The notes under the pieces: generated by a model
Seen by the model: the letters and a program-made list of their open reading frames with translations, nothing else
Databases searched by the model: none
What the model was told of the DNA's origin: nothing
Shown: positions 24,824-36,764 of the stretch, in pieces
How positions within the stretch are numbered: position 1 is the stretch's first letter
Layout of the letters: the number at the start of each line of letters is the position of its first letter
Assembly (NCBI GenBank): GCA_973895155.1
Contig: OZ316895.1
Coordinates: 3,149,659 to 3,213,658, forward strand
Length of the DNA stretch: 64,000 bases
Direction of reading: 5' to 3'
Source of the DNA: Marsupella aquatica
Lineage: Eukaryota > Plantae > Marchantiophyta
Translations under genes and position numbers: made by a program

Positions 24824-26822
24824 AGTGATCGAATGAATGTCGTGTTTTCTTCCATACCAGCCAATTCGCATCTTGAATCTTTCTGAAGGTGATGTGTCTC
24901 TTGTGGTGGGTTTGGAAGCCTGTATTTTGATATTATATTCCAAGAATTGGCTTCGAAATTTCTCATGTTGACTTGAGTTTTTAATTAGAAATATATTCTA
25001 GTTATGATTACACACATGCTAGTGCTTTCAGCAATCTTAATGTCGAATCTAAGGATACTACTTTAGAGAAGAGATTGAGAAATAAAGTTTCTGTCCCGAA
25101 TATATGTGTTTGACTGTGACAGATTGACTGTTACAAATCAGTAAATGAATAATCACTCAACCAGATGAACGGATAAAATATTTAGAGTGGTTATTCATAT
25201 AGTCATCTGTAGCAGTCATGCATAAATATCTTAGCAGTATCCCCAGCTTCAGAACTATAGTGCTGCCAAGTGCTAAACGTGCCGTCGTGGCCAGAACAAG
25301 TTTCTCATTAAAAGACACGTCGACATGAGAAATCTGGAAATCGTATTTGAAAAAAAAAACCTCTGTTTTCTTGAAGGATCTCGGAGAATATAGGCTCAAA
25401 TTACCAATTTTGGAATCCACCACAAGAAACGCATTAGCTTTCAGGATACAGGTACATGAACTCCTAACAAGTCTCTTCAGATTTACGTATACTCACACTT
25501 GATTTTCATAATGATATCTCAAAAGTATCAAAGAATGGACTTAGATGTCTCATGTTCAATGAACTTTGTCTGATTCCGACTTATACTTGAATGTCACGGT
25601 TTCATTGCAATTGTACCAACCTTTAAACAACCATCAATGACATGTCTGTTCTTGTTTTCTTTTTCAGGAACGGCTCTGAGATGTTGGAATGGACTTCCAA
25701 CTATTGTGTTCCTGACCCCGTTCCTGGCTCCTTGTGAGCACTATCTGATGGTCGTGATTAGTAGTCCCGCATGTTAGTCCCCGATCACCTCGGTATTTCT
25801 GGTTTAAGGACCGTGCTCCCTTAAGCAATAACTCCCCTGTGAAAGCAAGCAGTTAACATTAAGGGTTGAATTACATATGCTTCTGTCAGTCGTCTGTAGC
25901 GTCAAATCAGACAGCTGCATTAAAATTCACGCCTAGACTAGCAGGAATTTGAGCAAGATAAGTTCTAATCTCCGAAGTGCAGGTACGTCCCTGTAAACGC
26001 AGAGGGGAAGGTAAGCTCTGCGTAACCATTCTTTCCTGCTCAGGTGGGAGAACAAGTGATTCATGTAGGGGGCAGACTGGTACATGGATGTGAGCGTTTC
26101 CATCACATCTCTCTTGTGAAGGTCAATGTCTCCGAAGTTCCATCCGCCGGTCAGAACTGATACCCAGAATAACGTAGACGTTCAGGATGCAAAGATGAAC
26201 TGAAGGTGAATGACTTCTGAATAGATTTCATGAAGCTCGTGTTAGGGTCAGATAGGGTAAATGAATCTGAGCATGTACAATATTTCTTGGAAACTCAGAG
26301 TCAAGAGGATTGCCTCTACTGATAACCAGGATTTCGAACAAGCAGAGAAAACTGAGATGAACTCAAGGAGAACTACCAGACTCTACATATTAATCCTAAG
26401 AGATGTTGATGCCCACCTGCTTAGCTTGGACCCATGGTGACGACTTGTCGAGTTATCAATAATTATCGAGCCGTGTCTTGGTACGGAGACATGTGCCGTT
26501 TGTGGCTGGTTAGATTACGTCTTCTTTGTGTGCATTACTCGGTTTGTCGTTTTCCACTATATTACTATGCAAACTTCTTTGGAACCTTTGGTAGGAAATC
26601 AGAGTCGTGTGTAGTAAGGAGAGTAATCCGGAAACAACAGTCATTTTGTAGCATGACAAGGATTATGCTTTCTTTTGAGAGAATACGGGGATGCACTTTG
26701 TATGTGTTCTACGCATTGAGGAATTGCAGTCATTCCACATGCAATGTAATTAATCCAGTGAATGACTGATACGCACGGCATGGAGTCATTTCACTGGTGT
26801 TCACATTGCACTAGAAGACCGC

Positions 26823-27010
26823 CCTCCTTACCCGACCATGATCCAATGGGATCCAATTGCTGTGGAATGATTTGACTTATCTCATATCCATGTCTAAGAC
26901 TATTACCCAAGCACCTCCTTACCCGACCATGATCCAATGGGATCCAATTGCATTGAATGATTTTACTTATCTCATATCCATATCTTAGAACTATTACCCA
27001 AGCACCTCCC
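26823..27010. repeat. Tandem duplication, about 92-bp unit x2
   Basis: cctccttacccgaccatgatccaatgggatccaattgc...acttatctcatatccat..ct.aga.ctattacccaagcacctcc repeated. Confidence 0.85.
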
Positions 27011-27362
27011 ATCCGGTACCCCGGAGTAGGGTGATCAGACAATGCGTAAGAAGACAAAAGTGTATGTTGCCGGGACTTTTATTCACTTGAAGCTGTACAA
27101 TGCATAAAGTGTTCACAAAATTTTAACCACTAGGTTTGAGGCGGCGGTATGCTGCGAACAATTTCGGTCTCTTTTCATCAGTGTTTGTCTTACATGGAGT
27201 TTTTCAGAATGCATCGTACATGTTTGCAAACAAGTATCAATCTCTGAGCGGAGGAGCATCACGGGCCAGAGACACGATAACTACTGAAATGAAACTGGTC
27301 AATCCCATCTCAATATCAGAATTGGTATCCTCCAATAATACAATTCACATTCTGATTTTCGT

Positions 27363-27561
27363 CTTTCAACGAATTTGAATAGGCTTGCTTCAAAGGCATT
27401 TGCGCAAAGGCTTCTTAATAGGAAACCAGTCCACTTTCAACGAATTTGAATAGGCTTGCTTCAAAGGCTTCTTAATAGGAAACCAGTCCACTTTCAACGA
27501 ATTTGAATAGGCTTGCTTCAAAGGCATTTGCGCAAAGGCTTTCTTAATAGGAAACCAGTCC
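27363..27561. repeat. Tandem repeat, 57-71 bp unit x3
   Basis: ctttcaacgaatttgaataggcttgcttcaaaggc(atttgcgcaaaggc)ttcttaataggaaaccagtcca x3. Confidence 0.9.
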
Positions 27562-28304
27562 AGCATTGTTGAGACAATTCTTTGGGAGAAGCCCTTACAC
27601 GATTACCTTCTGTGTACTGGACCGACTTAAATCAGACTAGAGCTATAAAGGAAAAAAACTTAACACGTGCACCACGTTTCAAAAGTCCCCTAGTTATCTA
27701 GCGATCGACTACTGGAACTCTACCAAATGACATTCCACAGCAACTCCTTATCATAGGCCAGAAGTTAGACTTCACAAGAGAAGACCCGGCCTTAGACATC
27801 GCAGGCTTGCCAAGTAAAGGGTTCGCATCAGTCTCTTCATTCTGGGAGACAATTATGGAACTGGTGGGCGCCTACTAAGCACTCACCTGCAAGGCACAAG
27901 AAAAGAGCACCGTTGCTGCCATTGTACGAACTGAGTGTGAAGATATCCCCACTAGAAAACATGAACAGCATTGTGGGATGCCCTACATTAAGACTCTGCC
28001 CAAAGATAGACATGTAATTCAGTGAAGCATTGCTCCTGCTGTGGTTACAATCAGGGTTAAAGCATCATAAAATTCCATTGTTCGCCTGCATGCGGAGGAA
28101 AATTGAAACTCTTCACAACTTTTTTGTTTTGATTCTAACAATGTACTTTGATGTATTTTCTGAGAGCACTAGTTATGGACTTCAAGAGGTAAGATCGTCA
28201 CTGGAAATTTTCAATGCTCTGGGTCTGAATTTAAGAGGCAAGAAGTGAGGCTTGTATAAATGCTATGATTACATCCGTGGTTCGTGGAACCATGTGGAGT
28301 CTTA

Positions 28305-30122
28305 TCAGTCTAGGGGCTGCAATGTGCTGACAAGACCTATACCGAGCTCTTCAGCAAGTTCGTCCCATACTGGTAAAAGGGTGGCAATTACTAATAACGT
28401 CATCACGGTCAAGAAGGTTTTCCTCCAAGATCCAACATCTGTAACGTCATTTAGGCAGGGTTTCTCTGGTGATCTCTGCGCAATCAGAATGTACAGGCCC
28501 CATGGCAATGACAGGGGCCCACCCAGCACTCCTAGTCCCAATAATAAATACGTGATAATACCGGAAATGTTAAGAGCACCTCTCCCCAATGCTGCTTGCA
28601 TTGCTCGACCGCCATCCAGACACCCTACCGGAAGAAGGTTGAAGGCAGTTGTCGTTAAACCACACCAACCCGCTATGACGAGAGGGTGAATAGACACAGT
28701 AGCTGCGTGCAATGCGGGGTAGCCGAGAACTCCCCTGGAGACAAGACCCAAAAGCAATGAACCTTGCAAGAGAAGGCTGGGCACCTGCACCATTTGATTG
28801 CTTGCGTCCGTGTTTGTAGACAGAATCAGCCCCACGCCAAACATTGACAAAGAAAGAAATCCGCCTGCGAGTGGCCCTGCCAACGAGATATCAAACTTGG
28901 TCTGCCTGTCGGGGCAGATGGACCTGAATTGAGTAATGGAGCCAAAACTGCCCAGGGTGATGTTTGGAATGAAGTAAGGAATGCCCAGTTTCACATTCCT
29001 GGGCGCAGCAGCAAGTCTATGACCCAGCTCATGTAAAACTTGCACTCCAAACACACCGTAAGCAAGTGGCAGAGCAGAGTCCACATACGGGACTAGCACC
29101 TGAAGATCAGGAGGCACTGTTGTCTCTGGATTGGTAATATACTGGACCACCTCAGGGGGCAGCCTGGAGACCTGAGACGAAATGCCAAGCTCGAGGCAGG
29201 TACCACCAGTGAGCAAAAATAAAACGATGGCTACAATATATTGCCATAATGTGGTTGGTCCTATATCTGAAACCTCTTCTCTCTGCAACACAAAACTCAC
29301 ACGAGGGCCACCACGAGGATCTTCCTCTTCAGAATTTGGTTCCTCTACCATGAAGAGATCGTACTTGGTCCCCATAACCTCCCTAAGACGCCTCTGCAAT
29401 TTTGCAAAAACTTCTTCCCTTTTCCCTCTCAGATTTCCCAGAAGCAAAACACCTTCTCCAAGATCTCCAAATGGCTCTTGTCCAGTGATCCAGAACGTGG
29501 AGTAACCAAACACGTTCTCCTTCAGAATCTTCACATCCTCAGGATCGACTTTCTCGGGTCCAATGAGCTCCACAAAGCTGAATGCATGGGGAAGCACATT
29601 AAGGTCCCCATCGCCAGAAGGTGGAGGGGCAGGGGTCATGTTCTCATTCGGTGTGCCGCTGCCTGATTCTGGTCGCTCTGGCTCCTTCTCCGTGGTGCCC
29701 ACACTTCCACCACCCTCTTTCTTGTCGCCATCGCCTTCACCAGCGCGGCAAAGCCTAAGCCTGGGTCTCCTTTGCGGATGAGAATTCTTGCTTAAGCCCC
29801 ACCTCAACAGATTCGCGCACTCTCCCAACCCCAAAACGACCCCATTTCCACTTCTACTTTCCAAATGAATCGTAGGCCTGCTGGAAATCCGAGCTTTGGC
29901 GTAGGATGCCCTAATTCCCATGCTGCTGCCATAATCAAAGACACTACAGCGCCCAGAACCGGACGCTCCTAGAGTTAACATTTGGGAGAAAGAGGTAGAG
30001 GAAGAGGAAGAGGAGGCAGGCAACGAAGAAGACTGACGGTGATATCTGCGACACTCCGGCCGCAGCAGACTAGAACTGCAACAAGAGTTGGAGGCTGAAT
30101 GCAGCATTCTCGTGACCCTCAT
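28305..30122 (-). CDS. EGY1: Chloroplast M50 zinc metalloprotease EGY1, intronless
   Basis: Ser-rich transit peptide-like N-terminus, then EKVDPEDVK..FGYSTFWITGQEPFGDLGEGVLLLGNLRGKREEVFAKLQ, the HELGH zinc motif, NLLPVGCLDGG and multiple TM segments. First ATG in the ORF is at 30122; the true start is uncertain. Confidence 0.93.
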   Translation of the reverse strand: MRVTRMLHSASNSCCSSSLLRPECRRYHRQSSSLPASSSSSSTSFSQMLTLGASGSGRCSVFDYGSSMGIRASYAKARISSRPTIHLESRSGNGVVLGLGECANLLRWGLSKNSHPQRRPRLRLCRAGEGDGDKKEGGGSVGTTEKEPERPESGSGTPNENMTPAPPPSGDGDLNVLPHAFSFVELIGPEKVDPEDVKILKENVFGYSTFWITGQEPFGDLGEGVLLLGNLRGKREEVFAKLQRRLREVMGTKYDLFMVEEPNSEEEDPRGGPRVSFVLQREEVSDIGPTTLWQYIVAIVLFLLTGGTCLELGISSQVSRLPPEVVQYITNPETTVPPDLQVLVPYVDSALPLAYGVFGVQVLHELGHRLAAAPRNVKLGIPYFIPNITLGSFGSITQFRSICPDRQTKFDISLAGPLAGGFLSLSMFGVGLILSTNTDASNQMVQVPSLLLQGSLLLGLVSRGVLGYPALHAATVSIHPLVIAGWCGLTTTAFNLLPVGCLDGGRAMQAALGRGALNISGIITYLLLGLGVLGGPLSLPWGLYILIAQRSPEKPCLNDVTDVGSWRKTFLTVMTLLVIATLLPVWDELAEELGIGLVSTLQPLD

Positions 30123-30983
30123 GCCCTGTCGTTTCTTCAGCTCAACAACATTCTCATAAGTATTCTTCGAGCTTGCCTCCCAGTACGAGGTTGTCGAGCA
30201 TTTCACCAACGGCCCTGCATCAAACGCCACCCACTCTTGTAATTCTCCACACGACCATCTGCGTACTCCTCCTCAACCCCAGCCAGCACCCTCTCCTCGA
30301 AGCCACACCTGCAACTCCTCCTCCTCTCAGCAGTCAGAAAGAGGTAACCCACTTTGAAATTCAAAGCACTGTCCTCCTCTCCTTCCCTGTCACAACAACG
30401 TCAATCTACGTACCCGGAGCTCACAGAAAATGCAATCCTGTAATCACAATCCTCCGGACGAGTCCCTGAGGAAATGGACAGAATCTCCTTCGAAATTGAA
30501 GCGCTCTCCTGTCCTATACTGCACTTCCTTTCCCGAAACCAATCCTACACACTGGGAGCTCACAGGACGAAAATGGAGAATCCGACTACCAACAATCCTG
30601 AGACTTCTGGAGCAGCCATTGCTGACATGGAATCGATGTATCCTGCTCTGAGCACTACTAAACCCCGTCCCTCTTCCAATCCCTCTCGCCCTCCCCCACG
30701 CTTCGTCTCACACTCGCTTTCTGTGAGATTGCTTTCTGCGAGAGTGAGGATGTCTGGCGGATATGATGGGCCTTGGAGATACGGGGGCCACCACCACCAC
30801 CACACCACACCATAGCTGAGACTGGCGTGGCGTGCGAGTGAACGAGTACACAGGTAACAAAGTGGGTCAATCCAAATACCCCTTTGCCCACTAAAGGACT
30901 TAACCACGCCCCTCTAGCATCTTATGGACTCGATGTCATATTATGGACTCACGAAAGTACTTAACCAGGCCCCTCTAGCATCT

Positions 30984-31179
30984 TTTTTTAAATTTTTTTT
31001 TTATTAAATTTTATTAAAAAAAATTATTAATTTTTTTTAAAGGGAAATCTGTGAAACCCCACAGAAAAGGAAGAGTAAGTCACAATAGTAGGGAAGAACC
31101 AGCCCACAATAGTTGAACCCAAGACCTATCAGTCTCTACTCATTCAAGTGAGCTACCACAAAGTCATGCCTCTATGGGC
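30984..31179 (-). mobile_element. SINE-like insertion 1 (A-rich tail, about 14-bp TSD)
   Basis: T-rich run at the left end; flanked by duplicated cccctctagcatct; homologous to 31509-31637; B-box-like GGTTCAA on the minus strand. Confidence 0.6.
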
Positions 31180-31508
31180 AACCCCTCTAGCATCTTATGG
31201 ACTAGATCACATTTTATGGCCCCAAGGAAGGTTTAACCAGGCCCCTTTAGCAGCTTATGGACTAGATCACATTTTATGGCCCAAGGAAAATACTTAACTA
31301 GGCCCCTCTAGCATCTTATGGACTAGATGGCATTTTATGGCCCCTTGAAAGTACTTAACCATACCCCTCTCTAGCATCTTATGGACTCCATGGGATTCTA
31401 TGGACTCAGGAAAGTACTTAACCAGGCCCTCTAGCATCTTATGGACTCTATGGCATTTTACTTACCCAGGAGAGTACCTAACCAGGCCCCTCTAGCATCT
31501 TATGGACT

Positions 31509-31637
31509 CTATTTTATCTTATTTTAAAGGGGAAATCTATGAAACCCCATAGAAAAGGATTAGTTAGTCACAACTTTGAACACATGACCTATGAATCACT
31601 ACTCAAGTGAGTACCACACAACCATGTCTCTCTGGGC
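31509..31637 (-). mobile_element. SINE-like insertion 2 (15-bp TSD)
   Basis: Flanked by agcatcttatggact on both sides; shares gggaaatct.tgaaacccca.agaaaagga..agt.agtcacaa...caagtgag.tacca with insertion 1. Confidence 0.6.
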
Positions 31638-32860
31638 AGCATCTTATGGACTTAATGGGCAAGTTTGGACTTAACAAGTCGTAACCAGGCCCCTCTAGCA
31701 TTTTATAAGGTAATGACGAATCCCCCTTAGCCCAGTAAAGGACTTAACCAGGCCCCTCTAGCATTTTATGTATAGGGTAATGACGGTTATGGGGTGTAAC
31801 CCTGTGACCAGAAAGTGAGGAAACGCTGATCGGCAGCAGCCAAGAAGTTTTTCTGAGATTTATGGGAACAGGGTTTAGACTAGAACCCTAGTCCAAACAG
31901 TCATAATTATACGTAATACCTGTCCGGAAAAAAGATTAATATGGGGTAAGACTTTCCGTGCACACGGGTATGGAAATGATAGCACCTAGTATAAAAGGTT
32001 ACACATCGGTAACCTTTTTTATGACAGGAATTACGGGCCCAGGACAGGACTTAACCAGGCCTCTCTAACATCTTATGGACTTGATGGACAAGTTTGGACT
32101 TAATAGGGCCCCTCTGTCATCTTCTGGACTTAAGAGTCCACCAAGATGCCATGATCGAGGACTCAACCGGGCCCACCGTTGCTGGTTCATGTGGGGGACT
32201 GTGGACGCAGTACAATGTGCATGTAGTGTTTCATAGTAGGGCAGTAGTGTAGTAGGACTTTAGCAAAAACTTTAGCGAAAGTGTAGGGAACAAACTGGAA
32301 GGGGAGCACAGCAGAAGGGGTCGTCGGGGAGGGATGTGCAACGCTGGAGGGAGATTGAGTTGAATGCCAGAGGGAGAACTGAGAAATGCAGGTGTTTTAA
32401 ATGAGTGCAGAGGTAACAAAGTGGGTCAATCCAAATACCCCTTGCCCAGGAAAGGGCTCAACCAGGACCCTCTAGCATCTTATGGACCCAGGAAAGTACT
32501 TCACCAGGCCCCTCTAGCATCTTATGGGCCCAGGAAAGGACTTAGGGCCAACTTGCATGTGTGGGTCCTAAGAAATGCGGCCCTTCAGCTGCAGCAAAAT
32601 ATTGGGCAAAAAAGGAGATCTCTGATAATGAGAAGCAGCCAGGAGGCCGACGACACAACTAAGAGAAGGCAGAAAATGAAAAGTCATGACCTGAAAGGGC
32701 CGGAAAGTTTCCCGCCCTTGCCCTAGGGACCCCATAAAAACCTGTGTCAGGCCTGCCGTATATAGGAGGGGGATGTCGCAGAAAACTTGCCTTCATACAT
32801 ATTGCAACATAACTGAAGTTTAGGGCCATTTTTTATGGCCCTTCAATGTGAGTTGTGTCT

Positions 32861-33662
32861 AAGCCAGGCCCTAGCATCTTATGGACTTGATGGACTTGAC
32901 CAGACCCTTCTAACTGTCGGCCGTTACACATTCAAAAAATGCATTCAATTCATCACAGTTGGCGTTGGGTCTGCGTTTGCTACACAGGGCACCACTACTC
33001 GACTCAGGGCGCCACAAAACCTACAAAATGTGTTTAAAATGTATTATGTTTGAGCTTACAATTGTTAGGCGTGGTTTCTTATTTAAGTTCAAGCTACCTA
33101 CTGAAAAAGTTGAGAGTTTTTGAACACCTCCTTCCACTCAGACAATCTTATATACTCAAAAATATATATTTGTGAACTTTTTTCATAAATCATTTGTTTT
33201 GTTGAAGGATGCTGCTTATAATGTTATACAAAGAAGGTAGGAACGTAGTTGTGGTTCTAAATTGCTCTAGGTACCTAAAGACAATTGCATACTAGCTCTA
33301 CACTGCAATTTGTAAACTAGGGATCTTTGAGAATATAGGATTGAGTGTTGGAGGTGTCCAAAATCTCCCAACATTTTCCAGTAGGTAACTTGAATGTTGG
33401 AAATCACACCAAACAATTCTCAGCTCAAGCAAAATTTGTTTAGTAGTTCAATAAAATATTCAGATTGATCAAAAATTAATATTTTGTAGGTCTTGTGGTG
33501 CCCCGAGTTAAGTATGGCACCCTGAGTAGCAGAGGTGGACCGGACAACCACCGCGGCAAACGTCATGCATTTATTCTTGCAAACCATGCAAAGGGTCTGG
33601 TCAAGTCCTGAATCCATCCTTGTGGTCCATCAAGTCCATAAGATGTTGGAGGGGCCTGGTTA
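32861..33662. repeat. Long imperfect inverted repeat (about 300-bp arms; foldback/MULE-like)
   Basis: 32861-33160 (ccaggcc..agcatcttatggacttgatggac..ttgaccagaccctt..cacaa.acctacaaaat..tacctactg.aaa) matches the reverse complement of about 33325-33662. Confidence 0.7.
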
Positions 33663-34010
33663 AGGGCTGTCTTGAGGGTCGACTCCTATTTTATCAGTTA
33701 TCAGTCATTTTGTCATGTTCTTTGTGAATCTCAGCTGTGCGGCTGAGATAGAGCCTTGCACCTCTATGCATCTCAGCTGAGATGGGCGTATGGACGGAAA
33801 AACAAAAAAAACCCAATTTTTTCCAAAAAACAAAACAACTCATGAGCCATCTTGAGTCTTAGAAATGCACTAGAATTACAAAAGTCAGCAAAAAAATTAA
33901 ATGACATTAAGAATCACTAGCAACTTGCTAACCATACTCTCTTTGCTATCATAAATTTTTGTTTGCTAATAATCCTTGTTCTCATACAATCTCTTTGAGC
34001 CCAATAGTCA

Positions 34011-35210
34011 CGAAACTCGACTACCCTACCACTTAGCTCCGGCGTAGATGACTCTAACGTTCAGATCCTCTATGGTCCAGACCTAGGATGGTCTTCAGAA
34101 GGGGACTAAGCATGAGACTTGAGAGCGAGGAAGCATTGCTCCAACAAAGGCAAGACGCTAAGCTATAGCACAAGGGACCAACTGGCATTAGGAGTTGGTC
34201 GGGCCATGAGATGGGTTAGGCTTGAAATGGACCGTTTGGACCCCCAAACCAACTCTGAGTTTTGAGTGCATGAGTGAGAGCTCCTCTTGGGTCCAAGTGC
34301 ATCAAAGTTCAGTTCATGCAGATAGGACACTTTATGCCCAAAAATAGGCACTGTTCCGGTGGGGCCGGTTGGGACCCTTGATGGACAACAAGCCCTGAGG
34401 GCCCGATCACAAAGGCACTTCACCTATGGACATCTAATTAGAAAGTGATGGGCCTAGAAAGTTAGTTTTGTGTCTAGTTGACTTGGTTGGAGTCCTGGTG
34501 GGGGTCCAACAATAAGGAACCAAAGTTGGCCTGAGGGTGACAGGTCTCCATAAATTAAGCATATATGAGGGCAATGGTGTCTCCCAGTGGGCCAAGGGGC
34601 AAACCCAAATCATGAGGCAGAGAGACACCGTAGAGTAGGCATGGGTGTTGAGGTCCAAGTGCATCATGTCATCAGACTCTCGGTTAAGTTGGATCCGTAT
34701 AGACCGTTGCTAGAGTTGGGGTCAAGTTGGTCCCGGAGCTTGAGACAAGCTTTGGGACATGCTAGCTAATTGGGCCATGGGCATGTCCTAGAGACAGGGT
34801 GGCCAACCAGTGATGGATGGAAGCTTGGGTGGCACACGATAGAGAGTTGTTATGGACATACAATTGGTGTTGACCTTGGCTTCAGCTTATAGCAAGGCCA
34901 CGCGGGCTTGGAAGGCTCTAGCTCTCTGTTCTAACAACTTAACCTTGAGGCAAGACAATGGTCTTGAGATTTGATATCAAAACGGGTTATGTACTTATCG
35001 GGTTGGTTGTTTGTGCAAATATCAGGGGCCATTGAGCGATGGTCGTGTTGAGGAGCAAGTCCAACTTTGTATGGGAGTTGTTGCAAACAGTGATAAGGGC
35101 ACCAAGTTGATTGCTCGTAGAGTTCTGTGTATGCGTTTGGGCACCAAGAGTACCTAGGCAAAGGCATTGGGTTTATTGAGGGCATTGGGTGGCAAGGTCC
35201 ACCACTCCAA
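34011..35210. mobile_element. Dispersed repeat family copy C
   Basis: Same ordered blocks as 3231-4700. Confidence 0.65.
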
Positions 35211-35542
35211 TCCTTGTGCAAATGAGCCAGGGCAAGAAAGGGGTAGCTAGATATGGATAGCGACTAAGACACATATGGATAGGTGGTGTAGAGGGTGAAG
35301 GGAGGCACAAATAGCAAGGCAGAAGGCAGAGAGGTGTGTTGGACTGATGAAATGGCTACAAAAGAACAAATTTTCAGCCAACGGCCAAGATTTCATCTCA
35401 CCAAAATTGTAGTTTGTGAAGAGACCAACAATTGGCCAAATGAGTGGGATTGGATGTTTAGCGTGTACATCGCTGATTGGCTAGAGGACTGCAGTGACTG
35501 TGTGGTAGCTTTGTAAAAAATAGTCAGCTCTAGACTACACAA

Positions 35543-35815
35543 CAATGCGAAACATGAGAGCACTCAATCTCACACTACATCAACAAGACACCACAGAGGA
35601 GAAAATCTTGAAGGATCTTTAGCTCATGAAAAAGTACATGTGAAGAATGAGGGACCCTAAATTCTCTCCCTCCAACCTATATCCCCCGGGGGGCAAGATG
35701 GGGGGGGGGGCACCAAGATCTAATTATCGGATCTTATCCTAATGTAATCCAGGGTTAACTAACCCAAGTAAGGCCAAACTAACTAGAAGCCTGGAACTTG
35801 AGTCAATTCCTAACA
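35543..35815 (-). repeat. Inverted copy of the LTR-like repeat at 15956-16200
   Basis: Direct reverse-complement similarity, ending gagtcaattcctaaca. Confidence 0.7.
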
Positions 35816-36764
35816 AGCTTCTTGAGATGCTTGTTGTGCTTTTCCTTGAAGATTGCCCTCCTCACCAGTAACCCCTATCTCTAAATATGGAGAAGCCAGA
35901 TCCAAATTTAAAACTGTCAACTTTCAGTTTTAGTGAGAAAGGTGGTCGCCAAACCAACCCACTATTCAGACCTTCATTCTTACCAACAGAAGAAAAGATA
36001 CCTCTACCTCATTTTGCATAATATTTGAAGGTATGAATGCACAACTTGAGGAATATAGGTCAATTTGGGGGAGTTTCAGTGGGGTTGTGAATTGTCTATA
36101 ACAACATTGTCATCTCAATGCCCACAATTGCACCTTTATTTGCGTTGCTTGGGGAGCATAAGCCACCACACCAACAACTGTTTATAAAAGGGATATTTAG
36201 GATGTAGTAGAATCATTGATTGCATGCATTCTCGAATCCAAGAGCTGTGAACTTTTCTCCTGTCAAACTACTAATAATGTATTCACAAATTAAAAATGTT
36301 AAGTAACCTCGAGATCTATCTCAAATGAAATATGAGTTTTTCACCCACCAAACTCCAAGTAAGTTGGTTGATAAATGACATTAGTAAACTCAATGTTTTC
36401 AGTCATGTGGCCTGCAAGTATGCATGGCATAAAAGTTTTCCTCCAAGCGAAGTGAATCAAAAGAAAACAAGAGCAGTTGAAATTTTGGAGGGTATAATTG
36501 TCTGATTGACCAACTTTGTAGACTTGGAAATTTGACTTTTGAACCCCTCCATAGTTATTACTCGATACAATCAAATCACTTGCATCACCAGGAACATCCC
36601 CATTATCATGAACAGATAGCCCAGCAAACGGCCTTCACATGGACTGGAGTTGAATGGCAGTTGGAACCTTTTGTCTACTAGCAAGAGACTTGACTTGCTC
36701 ATGACTTTTAAAACTTATCCGTACTCCAGTCTACCTAATCAAAACAGAGTTGTAGTTCGAGATA

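Larger units (their letters stand above)
30852..32545. repeat. Degenerate minisatellite, about 60-bp unit (ttaaccaggcccctctagcatcttatggact core), interrupted by insertions
   Basis: More than 10 core copies. A shared head, aggtaacaaagtgggtcaatccaaatacccc, occurs at about 30852 and 32411. Confidence 0.85.

Noticed and set aside
30895-31510. CRISPR-like array (about 30-bp constant core plus about 30-bp variable part)
   Set aside because: The 'spacers' are homologous to each other, the cores are degenerate, the context is eukaryotic and there are no cas genes. It is a minisatellite.
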